Assembly (NCBI GenBank): GCA_037141235.1 | Contig: JBAXCY010000001.1 | Location: 1-55,560 of the forward strand | Length of the DNA stretch: 55,560 nucleotides | Direction of reading: 5' to 3' | Origin: Acidimicrobiales bacterium | GTDB lineage: Bacteria; Actinomycetota; Acidimicrobiia; Acidimicrobiales; RAAP-2 | Notes under the pieces: model-generated | Databases searched by the model: none | Seen by the model: only the letters and a program-made list of their open reading frames with translations | Told to the model about the DNA's origin: nothing | Shown: one piece after another, positions 47,335 through 55,560 of the stretch | Position numbering within the stretch: position 1 is the first letter of the stretch | How the letters are laid out: every line of letters begins with the position of its first letter | Made by a program: the position numbers and the translations under genes

Positions 47335-48498
47335 ATGGACTTCACCGAATCCGACGAGTTACAGATGCTGCGCGAGGCGGTCAGCTCGATCGCCCGCAAG
47401 TTCGGCCACGACTACTACGTCGAGAAGGCCAGGGCCGATGAGCGCACCGACGAGCTGTGGAACGCAATCGCCGAACAAGGCTTCCTCGGAGTCAACGTGC
47501 CCGAGGAGTACGGCGGCGGTGGTGGGGGGATCACCGAGTTGGCTGCGGTGGCCGAAGAGTTGGCCGCGGCTGGCTGTCCGCTGCTGGTCATCGTGGTGTC
47601 GCCGGCCATCTGCGCCACCATCATCGCCAAGTTCGGCACCGACACCCAGAAGCAGCGGTGGCTGCCCCGATTCGCCACCGGCGAGCTCAAGATGGCCTTC
47701 GCCATCACCGAGCCCGATGCCGGATCCAACTCGCACAACCTCGGCCTGACCGCCACCAAGGACGGCGACATCTACCGGTTGAACGGACAGAAGTACTACA
47801 TCTCCGGTGTCGATGAGTGCGAGGCCATCATGGTGGTGACCAAGACCGGAGTCGATCCGGACACCGGCCGGGGACGGCTGTCGCTCTTCGTGGTCGACAC
47901 CGATACACCCGGACTCGACAAGCAGGTGCTGCCGGTGGAGATCACCGCACCCGAGAAGCAGTTCACCCTGTTCTTCGACAACGTCCAGGTCGAGGCCGAC
48001 CGGCTCATCGGCGATGAGGGTGAGGGACTCCGCCAGGTCTTCTACGGCCTCAACCCCGAGCGCATCCTGTCGGCGGCCACGGCCAACGGCATCGGTCGCT
48101 ACGCCCTCGACAAGGCGGCTGAGTACGCGCGGACCCGCGAGGTGTGGGGCACGCCCATCGCCCGTCACCAGGGAATCTCCCATCCGCTGGCCAAGTGCAA
48201 GATCGAAGTGGAGCTGGCCCGGGTGATGACGGACAAGGCCTCCTGGTACTGCGACCACGACGGAGACTCGCCGTTGGCTGGAGAGACGGCCAACATGGCC
48301 AAGTACGCCGCCGCCGAAGCCACCTTGGCCGCCCTCGATCAGTCCATTCAGACTCATGGTGGGAATGGCATGTCGTCCGAGTACGGGATTGCCGACCTGT
48401 GGGGCATGGCCCGGCTGCTCCGGATCGCGCCAGTGAGTCGCGAGATGATCCTGAACTACGTGGCCCAGCACTCACTATCGCTGCCTCGCTCGTACTGA
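47335..48498 (+). CDS. Acyl-CoA dehydrogenase
   Basis: 387 aa. 'FAITEPDAGSN', 'YISGVDE' and 'QTHGGNGMSSEYGIADLW' are ACAD blocks. Confidence 0.85.
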   Translation: MDFTESDELQMLREAVSSIARKFGHDYYVEKARADERTDELWNAIAEQGFLGVNVPEEYGGGGGGITELAAVAEELAAAGCPLLVIVVSPAICATIIAKFGTDTQKQRWLPRFATGELKMAFAITEPDAGSNSHNLGLTATKDGDIYRLNGQKYYISGVDECEAIMVVTKTGVDPDTGRGRLSLFVVDTDTPGLDKQVLPVEITAPEKQFTLFFDNVQVEADRLIGDEGEGLRQVFYGLNPERILSAATANGIGRYALDKAAEYARTREVWGTPIARHQGISHPLAKCKIEVELARVMTDKASWYCDHDGDSPLAGETANMAKYAAAEATLAALDQSIQTHGGNGMSSEYGIADLWGMARLLRIAPVSREMILNYVAQHSLSLPRSY

Positions 48499-48865
48499 TC
48501 GAAGGGCGCTGATCAGGGCTGATCGATTGGCGATATCCGGCACCGTACCGACAGCTACTGAGCCGACAAACCCTCAACCTCTGGTCGAGGTCGATATAGA
48601 ACAGCTAGGTCGGGTGCGCTCCAGCTCCTGGCGGTGGCCGACCGATCCGACCCGTTCCGTCCCAGGACCTCTCTATCGGGGGACATCGGCTGCGGGCTAG
48701 ATCGTCCCCTTTCGTTCCTTTTGGTGGTTGATCAGCCACGCTCAGTGGGCAGGGGAGTTGCAGTTCGGTTCCTCAAGTCTGGGTTGCAGGCAGACGATAG
48801 GACTTTCAGGTGGAATCACGCCTAGAAGCGACCGTTCCCGCCCCGTATTCTGGCGAAAGAGTTCA

Positions 48866-51646
48866 ATGTTCCGACTTCCCGATGCACCTCGCAGTTCGGC
48901 TTCGAGCCGGCAGAGCAGGCTCCATGGAGCCTGGGGGCTCGTGCGCGCCACCGGGGCCGATCGATCGTGCCGCTACCGGGGCGAAGACGGAGTGACCATC
49001 GTCGAGGTGCTGGTGGCCTTCGTCCTCCTCATGATGATGATGCTGCCGGTGGGTGTGCTCTTCACCAGCGTGACGAGCCAAGCGGCCCTGGCCCGTCAGC
49101 ATCAGGCCGCGCTGCAGCTTGCGGACACCTGGGTCGAGGTCCTTTCCGATCCCACATCGAGCCCTCCTGTCTCTGGGGGCGCAGTGATCACCAATGTGCC
49201 TGCACCACCGAAGGCGCCCCCTGGCGTTGCGCCCCCGGTTTCGACGCTGGCCGGCACCGACTTCACCGTCACCGCCAACTACACACTGGCGCTGGTGAAC
49301 AACGTTGGCCAGTCCGACCTCTGCGCCAACGGCGACCCGCCCAGCCCGAGCCATCCCAGTGTGATTCAGCTGCTGGTCACCGTGAGTTGGAACAAGGGTA
49401 AGTACTCACTGTCTGATTCCTCCAACATCAACTACCCCCGTCCCGGCCTGCAGACCGAAGGCTTCTTGGCCATCAATCTGAGCAACGATGGTCAGTTCGA
49501 CAAGTTCGGCAACTCGGCGGTCAGCCGAATCGAAGCCTCACCGGTGACGGTCAGGCAGCTCACTTCCACCACCACGCCTCCCGTCTGGATCTCACCCAAT
49601 CCACTCACGTTCTACCCCGACGCCAACGGGTGCATCTTCGCCCAGGTCCCAGTGGGCACATACGATGTATCGCTGAACCAACCCGCGGCCGGCACGCCGA
49701 GCACCTTCTTGTCGTGGCCCGGGAGCCCTGCCTTCGTGACGCCCTCTGGTGCAACCTCCGATAACCCAGGAGTCCAAACTGTCACCGTGACGGCTTTGAC
49801 CGTCGTCCAGATGCAGCCATTCGACGAGGGCATCACCTCTTCTATTTCGTATGGAGGTGCATCGTCGGTGGACGGTGCCCTGACGTGTCCTGCAGCAGCC
49901 GGTCTGACTTGTCTGGTCACTGGTAACGGTAACTTGTCGGCTCAGGCCGCTTGGGGCAACGGTACGGGTTCGTGGACCTCGGCCAACGTGCCTTCCACCA
50001 CCAATATCAACCAGGTCGCCTGCACTACTGGTTCCTCGGCCACCTGTGTCGCCGTCGGCGACAACGCATCAGGAGCCGTCGCTCGAACTACGTCTACCAA
50101 CCTCTCGTCCACGGTGGCCGACACGCTGCCGAGTGGGGTGACTGACCTCACCCAGGTCACCTGCCCGTCGGCCAACGGCTGCTACGCCATCGGCTCGTCG
50201 ACGAATGGGCCGGTGCTCGTGGCCGCTGCCGTCGGACAGGGATCCCCGGCCGCAGATCGTTGGGTCGTTCTCTCTCTCCCGTCTCCGGCATTCACATCGA
50301 TGAACTCCATCGCCTGCCCTTCCTCCTCTACTTGCGTGATGACTGGACGTACCGGTAGTTCCACCCCTGCCATCATCCGCCTCGATGGCGACCCAGCCGG
50401 GCTGGCCGGAAACGCATCATGGGCACCTACCTACTCTGCCGACGTGCTGCCCACGGGCGCGGCAGGGTCTACCTCAGTCGGCACCGTGTCCTGCCCGACC
50501 AGTACCACTTGCTTGGCCCTGGCCACCGGAGATACCGCCGGTGCTTCCGATCCCACCGTGGTCACGTCCACCCTGAGCGGTTCAGGGGCTGATACCTGGA
50601 CCAACGAATCGACCTTCCCCACTGGGGCCAGTGCCATCACCAAGCTCGACTGCACCGCCAGTACCTGTGTGGCCATCGGAAGCCTGCCCGGTACCCCCAG
50701 CCAACCGGCCGTGTGGACCGGCGATCTCACTACTTCACCACACACCTGGCTCCAGGCTCAGAACGTTCCGACCGGTATTCTCGCCATCACGTCGGCTTCG
50801 TGTGGTGTCCCCGACGCCAGCGATACGGCTGACTGCATCTTCGGGGTCATCACTACCAATGCGTCGACTCCGGGCCAACTGCTCAGCGGAACTCTGTTCG
50901 GCGGAAGCTGGGTGTGGAACCTGGTGACTCCTCAGGTGACGTCATCCGTTCAGTACTACCTCGGTGTCTCGTGTGTGCACGCCTCCGGATCCGCCAATGC
51001 CACCTGCATGGCCGTAGCCGCCACCGGCAACGGTCCCAGCATCGTCACCACCTCCGCAGGCCCCAATGGCGCCTGGACAGCCCAGAGCGCTCCCGGAGGT
51101 AACGGTGTAGCCGTGTCCGGTATCCCCCTGCAGACAGCTCCATCGAGTAACTCCGATTGGACCACGCAAGTGACAGCGGCAGCGGCTAGCAATGGCAACC
51201 TCACCTCGCTCCCGCGCGTGCTCTATCCGGACTCCGGGGGCTACTCACTGTCGGCAGGCGACTGCTCGACCACGGCATCGGCACCGGCAATCGCCTCACT
51301 GGTTGCGATTCCCGGTGACACCGCCACTGCCGTAGTGCCGCTGGGTCTCCTCACCATCCAAGCCGTCGGCTCGAACGGAGTTCCGCTGGATGGAGCCAGC
51401 GTCACACTTGCCTCCACTCAGTGCGCTGGGACCAATACGTTCGCCCTCCCCACTACCGACCCGGCTGGATTCACCAGTGCGTCGGTCCCTTACGGCTCCT
51501 ACACCTACCTGATCAAGGTGGGGGGCACCACCTACCCGGCGAACGGGATCAACCTGACACTCGGCGGCCAGGCCATCACCACGCAGGGGCTGTCGGGCAG
51601 CGCAGTCGCCAACTACCTCCCCGTCGTCACCCAGGTGCACCCATGA
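48866..51646 (+). CDS. Giant modular type IV pilin-like protein: prepilin signal, PilV-like stalk, about 8 Cys-pair propeller-like repeats and prealbumin-like domains
   Basis: Class III signal 'RGEDG/VTIVEVLVAFVLLMMMML' with Glu at +5. Repeats of type 'VxCPsxxxCxAxG' every 45-55 aa. Start uncertain: ATG at 48866 with an AAAGAG-like SD, or GTG at 48941. Confidence 0.6.
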   Translation: MFRLPDAPRSSASSRQSRLHGAWGLVRATGADRSCRYRGEDGVTIVEVLVAFVLLMMMMLPVGVLFTSVTSQAALARQHQAALQLADTWVEVLSDPTSSPPVSGGAVITNVPAPPKAPPGVAPPVSTLAGTDFTVTANYTLALVNNVGQSDLCANGDPPSPSHPSVIQLLVTVSWNKGKYSLSDSSNINYPRPGLQTEGFLAINLSNDGQFDKFGNSAVSRIEASPVTVRQLTSTTTPPVWISPNPLTFYPDANGCIFAQVPVGTYDVSLNQPAAGTPSTFLSWPGSPAFVTPSGATSDNPGVQTVTVTALTVVQMQPFDEGITSSISYGGASSVDGALTCPAAAGLTCLVTGNGNLSAQAAWGNGTGSWTSANVPSTTNINQVACTTGSSATCVAVGDNASGAVARTTSTNLSSTVADTLPSGVTDLTQVTCPSANGCYAIGSSTNGPVLVAAAVGQGSPAADRWVVLSLPSPAFTSMNSIACPSSSTCVMTGRTGSSTPAIIRLDGDPAGLAGNASWAPTYSADVLPTGAAGSTSVGTVSCPTSTTCLALATGDTAGASDPTVVTSTLSGSGADTWTNESTFPTGASAITKLDCTASTCVAIGSLPGTPSQPAVWTGDLTTSPHTWLQAQNVPTGILAITSASCGVPDASDTADCIFGVITTNASTPGQLLSGTLFGGSWVWNLVTPQVTSSVQYYLGVSCVHASGSANATCMAVAATGNGPSIVTTSAGPNGAWTAQSAPGGNGVAVSGIPLQTAPSSNSDWTTQVTAAAASNGNLTSLPRVLYPDSGGYSLSAGDCSTTASAPAIASLVAIPGDTATAVVPLGLLTIQAVGSNGVPLDGASVTLASTQCAGTNTFALPTTDPAGFTSASVPYGSYTYLIKVGGTTYPANGINLTLGGQAITTQGLSGSAVANYLPVVTQVHP

Positions 51647-52563
51647 GGCGCTTCACCAACTCCGAGCGGGTCATGGACGACACCGGGATGACTCTCGTCG
51701 AACTGATCGTCGCTTCTACGTTGCTGGTCATCTTGACCACCGTGGTCGCCGTCACCATGGGCGTCTTCAATCAGGTCAGCATCAACGTCAGCGCCTCCTA
51801 CCAGGAGTACAACCAGATCTTGCCAGCGCTCCAACCGCTCGCTTCGCTACTGCGAGCCGAAGTAGAGCCCGCCCCATCAACCACCTATGGGGTGCCTCCA
51901 ACCTCCGCACCGTCTCCCGGATTCGTTTCCGTCGGGAACTTCAGCCTTACCTTCTACGCCAACGTCGGCACTGCATACGGAAACGTTGTGGCAGCTTGCG
52001 TCCGCACCTCTACCACCTGCCCGGCTACCTCGGCGGGCCCGGCCAAGATCGTGGCTCAGGAAATCGACCACACCGGTAGCGCGGTGACATCGACTTCGAA
52101 GTGCACCACGAAGACGGGGGAAACCTGCAGCTTCGTAGTGCGACGGTATCTCCCTAGCACGGTGGACGGTGTGTCCACTTGTCCTGGAGTCGGCAGTGGA
52201 CCACAGTGCACGTACCCCGCCACCTACACCGAGATCGTGAACGTCAGCGGCGTGGTCAACAACCCCATCCCCCCGCTGTCGGTGTCCGACACGCCACTCT
52301 CACCCATCTTCACCTACAACACGTGCGATCCTGTGACCTATGCCGTTACCAGCCTGACCGTGGCAAGCGGACAGTTGACCCCGACCTCGGCAGCCTCGGC
52401 CATCCAACTTGACTCCATCTTGAGCGTGGACGTCAATCTGCGAGTAGCGCTGAAGAGTTCCAGCTCTCAGAACGTCGCAGAAAACCACTTGCTCGCCTAC
52501 CGCTACCCCGCCCCGGTAGTCGGGGCGCCCTATCCGTTCCAATACACGACGTCAGTGGGATGA
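51643..52563 (+). CDS. Type IV minor pilin-like protein (PilW-like)
   Basis: ATGA overlap with the upstream stop. 'MRRFTNSERVMDDTG/MTLVELIVASTLLVILTTVVAV' is a prepilin cleavage/methylation motif with Glu at +5. 306 aa, several Cys pairs. Confidence 0.65.
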   Translation: MRRFTNSERVMDDTGMTLVELIVASTLLVILTTVVAVTMGVFNQVSINVSASYQEYNQILPALQPLASLLRAEVEPAPSTTYGVPPTSAPSPGFVSVGNFSLTFYANVGTAYGNVVAACVRTSTTCPATSAGPAKIVAQEIDHTGSAVTSTSKCTTKTGETCSFVVRRYLPSTVDGVSTCPGVGSGPQCTYPATYTEIVNVSGVVNNPIPPLSVSDTPLSPIFTYNTCDPVTYAVTSLTVASGQLTPTSAASAIQLDSILSVDVNLRVALKSSSSQNVAENHLLAYRYPAPVVGAPYPFQYTTSVG

Positions 52564-52568
52564 GCGCA

Positions 52569-55560
52569 ATGCACCAATCCGTTGGCCCGCAAGCCCAGCA
52601 GCCGGCTCGTTCTCACAAGTTGGACTCAATGACGACGAATGGTCCCCGCGTCCGCGGGTTCAACGATGTGGGTCAGACGGCCATCATCCTGGTGGTCATG
52701 CTGGGCCTGGTGACCTCCTTGATCGGCGCCGTGCTGGTCAACACCATGTTCCAGGCCATGCCCCTGCAGCGAGCTGTGGCGGTATCGGTCTACGCCCATC
52801 GGGCCATCCAGGCTGGTGAGAACGCATACGTCGCAGCCCTGAACGCCAACCCATCTCTGGCGCAATGCAATACATCCACCAACGGAGCCGGTACCTGTGC
52901 CGGGATCAGTTATGGGCAGTGGAACGAGGTGGCCGCTTCCGCCACCGCTGGATCCGACCCCGAGTACTACGCCTTCGGCAATCCTCAACCCACCTTCGAC
53001 CCGACTACTCACGAGTTGAAAGACCTCGCTGTTCAAGTGGTCGGTGCCGTTCATGAAACCTCGGCGAGGAACCACTACATGTTTACTTCCGCCACCATGC
53101 ACCTGGCGGCCACCAACGGCTTCCTCACCGGCATCTGGTGGTCGAACTATGAGTCTTACTCGGCTACTGGAAACTACAGCTCGTGCAAGTACAACTGGCC
53201 GGCCTACAACGGTGCCGGATCAGGCTGCACCCCGGTCTACTTCGGCCCGAACGACTACGTCTTCGGGCCCACGTTCACCAACGACTCGATCTACGAGTCC
53301 GGTTCGCCCTCCTTCGGTACGGCAACGGCACAGGCCCCCGTGCAGACGGCCGACCCCAACTGCCTCTTCGTCACCAGCAGTTTCAGCGCGACCGGCTGTC
53401 AGAACATCAACAGCACGATCATTGCCGCCCCTTACGTCTCGGGTTCCAATGGAAAGTGGCCAGCTTGTGACACCACCCACAGTTGCTACAACCACCCCGT
53501 AGAGCTTCCGCCAGCCAATAATGCCAGCCTTGGAGTCATTGCCGCGCAAAACGGATGCCTCTACACCGGGCCGACCCGGATCACGTTCTCTACCCTGGCC
53601 AATGGCACCGGACAGATGACCGTAGTGAGCCCCGAGACCAAAGAGAGCACAAAGACGGTCAAGGGCAAGACCTTCACGTGGGACACAGCCAACATTGCCA
53701 GCAATACCAACGACTGCCCGAATAACGGATCCGCCCCGCTGCCGGCAAACGGTGTGGTCTACGTCCAAAACGCCAGTCCGGCTGACTCCATCGCAGGTGC
53801 CAATCCCTTTGGTGCCTCGGTATACAACACGGTCACCAATGTCACGGCATCACCAACCACGCCAGTCGTCGGTTCACCAGTCACCCTGACAGCCACGATC
53901 ACGTCGGCCAGCGGCCAGCTCAGCACCGGTGCCACCGTCTCGTTCAGCCAAGGCACCACTGCACTCTCACAGTGCGCCAACGTTGCCCTCTCTTCCCCCA
54001 CGCCGGTAACCCCCACAACCAACCCACCGACCTACTGGGCCAGGGCCGTCTGCACCCTCACTAGTGCCACAGCTGCCACGTACTCAGCCACCTTCAACGC
54101 CAACACCACCTACACAACCACTAGTCAGGGCCAGCTCGGTAAGACGAACGTGCTTACCTCCACGGTTACCCGCGGTCCGAATGCTCAGACCAGCCCGGGC
54201 TGCAACGCCTGCTACTACGGCGCCACCAGTGCGCCCGACCTCGAAGGCGACGCCTTCGTCAACGGGAATCTGTCGGGTCAGGTGACGGTCGGCACGGCCA
54301 ACGACATCATCATCACTGGAAACATCACTTACGCCAACTGCGACTGGACAGTCGGCCAAAGCGGACTCAGCACGCCGTCCCTCGGGTTCTGCCCCCCCAA
54401 CATTGCCAAGCCCAATGACTCCCTCGGGCTGATCGCCAATGCCTTCGTTGAGGTCAACCACCCGATCGTGCCGGGTACCTCGACACTGCTGCCAACCTGC
54501 ACCACCCCCGGCGCCGTCATCTGCAATCCGTCCAACGGAACGACCGGCCTCACCATCGATGCGGCCATCCTTGCCCTCACCAAGTCCTTCGTCGTCAACA
54601 ACTATGCAGCGGGAGGGCCGCAAGGCAACCTGTACAACTACGGGTCGATCCAGCAGTACGCCCGAGGACCCGTGGGCACCTTCAGTGGGAACAGCTCGAC
54701 CTCCGGCTACCTCAAGCACTACAACTGGTCTCCGCTCCTCGATTACGTTTCACCACCCTCGTATCTCACTCCTTCCACCTCTTCGTGGAACTTGACCTCG
54801 ATCGACACCAACGCGGGATCGACTCCCACCAACCAGTGCCCACCCCTGAAGCCGGTTTATGGATCGACACTGCCCATTACTCAGTACTGCACGGCATCGA
54901 TCGGTGGACTGCCCACCTATCCCTCATCCACCGCTCCGTCGGCGCCGACTGACGTCGTCGTCCAGGCCAACGCCGATGGAACGGCCTCCGTTTCCTGGAC
55001 CACCCCGGGCTCCACCGGGAACTCACCCATCCTCAACTACAACGTAGGAATCTCCCCAATTTGCCCGGCCTGCACGGGAACCAGTTCGACCACGACGTCA
55101 ACCATCATCACCGGCCTCACCCCTGGGACCTACTACGTGTTCTCGTTGACAGCCACCAATGCGTTGGGCACCAGTGACCCTTCTCTTTCGTCGAGCTCCG
55201 TCGTCATCCCCACGGTGCCAGATGCCCCCACCCTGGTTTCCGCTGTGGCCAGCCTCGATGGCTCCGTCTCGGTCAACTGGACACCACCTTCCGCTCGAGG
55301 CTCAGCTATCACCGGTTACAAGATCACCCCCACACCGGGCTGCTTCGCCTGCACTGGACTGACGTCACTGTTGCCGACCACCGTGATCACCGGTCTGACC
55401 ACTGGATCCACGTACACGTTCACCGTGACAGCCACCAACCTCCTCGGCTCCGGCGCTGCATCTGCTGCCTCCAACAGCATCATCATCCCCACTGTCCCGG
55501 GCGTTCCCACCGCGGTCACCGCCTCCTCGGCAGCCAACCGCCAGTCGGTCGTGGCATGGA
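52569..55560 (+). CDS. Large surface protein (partial, more than 997 aa) with a PilX_N/Tad-like N-terminal anchor, an Ig-like module and at least 3 FN3 repeats; absent from the ORF track
   Basis: I translated frame 0 by hand from the ATG at 52569 to the window end and found no stop. N-terminus 'GQTAIILVVMLGLVTSLIGAVLVNTMF...AHRAIQAGENAYVAALNAN'. Ig-like 'VTASPTTPVVGSPVTLTATITSASG'. FN3 units start near 54935, 55215 and 55497 ('SWTTPG...ILNYNV...GLTPGTYYVFSLTATNALG'). Confidence 0.6.
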   Translation, partial: MHQSVGPQAQQPARSHKLDSMTTNGPRVRGFNDVGQTAIILVVMLGLVTSLIGAVLVNTMFQAMPLQRAVAVSVYAHRAIQAGENAYVAALNANPSLAQCNTSTNGAGTCAGISYGQWNEVAASATAGSDPEYYAFGNPQPTFDPTTHELKDLAVQVVGAVHETSARNHYMFTSATMHLAATNGFLTGIWWSNYESYSATGNYSSCKYNWPAYNGAGSGCTPVYFGPNDYVFGPTFTNDSIYESGSPSFGTATAQAPVQTADPNCLFVTSSFSATGCQNINSTIIAAPYVSGSNGKWPACDTTHSCYNHPVELPPANNASLGVIAAQNGCLYTGPTRITFSTLANGTGQMTVVSPETKESTKTVKGKTFTWDTANIASNTNDCPNNGSAPLPANGVVYVQNASPADSIAGANPFGASVYNTVTNVTASPTTPVVGSPVTLTATITSASGQLSTGATVSFSQGTTALSQCANVALSSPTPVTPTTNPPTYWARAVCTLTSATAATYSATFNANTTYTTTSQGQLGKTNVLTSTVTRGPNAQTSPGCNACYYGATSAPDLEGDAFVNGNLSGQVTVGTANDIIITGNITYANCDWTVGQSGLSTPSLGFCPPNIAKPNDSLGLIANAFVEVNHPIVPGTSTLLPTCTTPGAVICNPSNGTTGLTIDAAILALTKSFVVNNYAAGGPQGNLYNYGSIQQYARGPVGTFSGNSSTSGYLKHYNWSPLLDYVSPPSYLTPSTSSWNLTSIDTNAGSTPTNQCPPLKPVYGSTLPITQYCTASIGGLPTYPSSTAPSAPTDVVVQANADGTASVSWTTPGSTGNSPILNYNVGISPICPACTGTSSTTTSTIITGLTPGTYYVFSLTATNALGTSDPSLSSSSVVIPTVPDAPTLVSAVASLDGSVSVNWTPPSARGSAITGYKITPTPGCFACTGLTSLLPTTVITGLTTGSTYTFTVTATNLLGSGAASAASNSIIIPTVPGVPTAVTASSAANRQSVVAW

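Noticed and set aside
48499-48865. The 370-bp intergenic region before the pilin-like operon, with three gctgatc copies and small hairpins, as a regulatory RNA or terminator.
   Set aside because: The stems are short, with no U-tract and no recognisable riboswitch core. It is probably an ordinary promoter or leader region.
48866-55560. Apparent abundance of N-x-S/T sequons in the pilin-like proteins as evidence for N-glycosylation linked to the upstream glycan locus.
   Set aside because: A hand count gives about a dozen sequons in gene 1. That is roughly what the very high Asn/Ser/Thr content would produce by chance. There is no oligosaccharyltransferase signature, so nothing specific supports the idea.

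Overview
High-GC, densely coding chromosomal window of actinobacterial type. The organism cannot be determined from the sequence alone. I support about 41 protein genes and 1 tRNA. I saw no rRNA, CRISPR array, transposase or integrase. Layout: (i) 0.1-4.5 kb, minus strand: a tightly coupled operon of agmatine deiminase, fused urease gamma/beta, urease alpha and a TauE-type exporter, with no urease accessory genes in view. (ii) 5.3-12.6 kb: an odd tRNA, a type-B carboxylesterase, a RipA-like NlpC/P60 hydrolase, a GT2/acyltransferase/epimerase trio and a RimJ-like GNAT. (iii) 12.9-27.1 kb: a surface-glycan locus. It holds a Wzx-type flippase, an oxidoreductase/aminotransferase/acetyltransferase set for an acetamido sugar, a visibly AT-richer GtrB/ArnC-like GT2, a GT-C-like polytopic protein, a sulfotransferase-like/methyltransferase/coiled-coil protein, a tandem-GT2 protein and a GT-B protein. 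(iv) 27.2-41.5 kb, minus strand: a conserved housekeeping block of ppx, DUF501, ftsB-like, eno, mazG, PPIase lipoprotein, mfd, pth, rplY, prs and glmU-like. It is interrupted by a degenerate RHH-PIN (vapBC-like) fusion. (v) 41.7-48.5 kb: a biotin-dependent acyl-CoA carboxylase, AtuA and acyl-CoA dehydrogenase operon. (vi) 48.9 kb to the window end: three co-directional, very large pilin-like genes. Two have class III prepilin signals and one has a PilX_N/Tad-like anchor. They are fused to a Cys-pair beta-propeller-like repeat array, Ig-like modules and FN3 modules. The third gene is missing from the supplied ORF track because it runs off the window. This last cluster is my best candidate for an undescribed system. 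All functional calls rest on motif recognition by eye; no searches were run.
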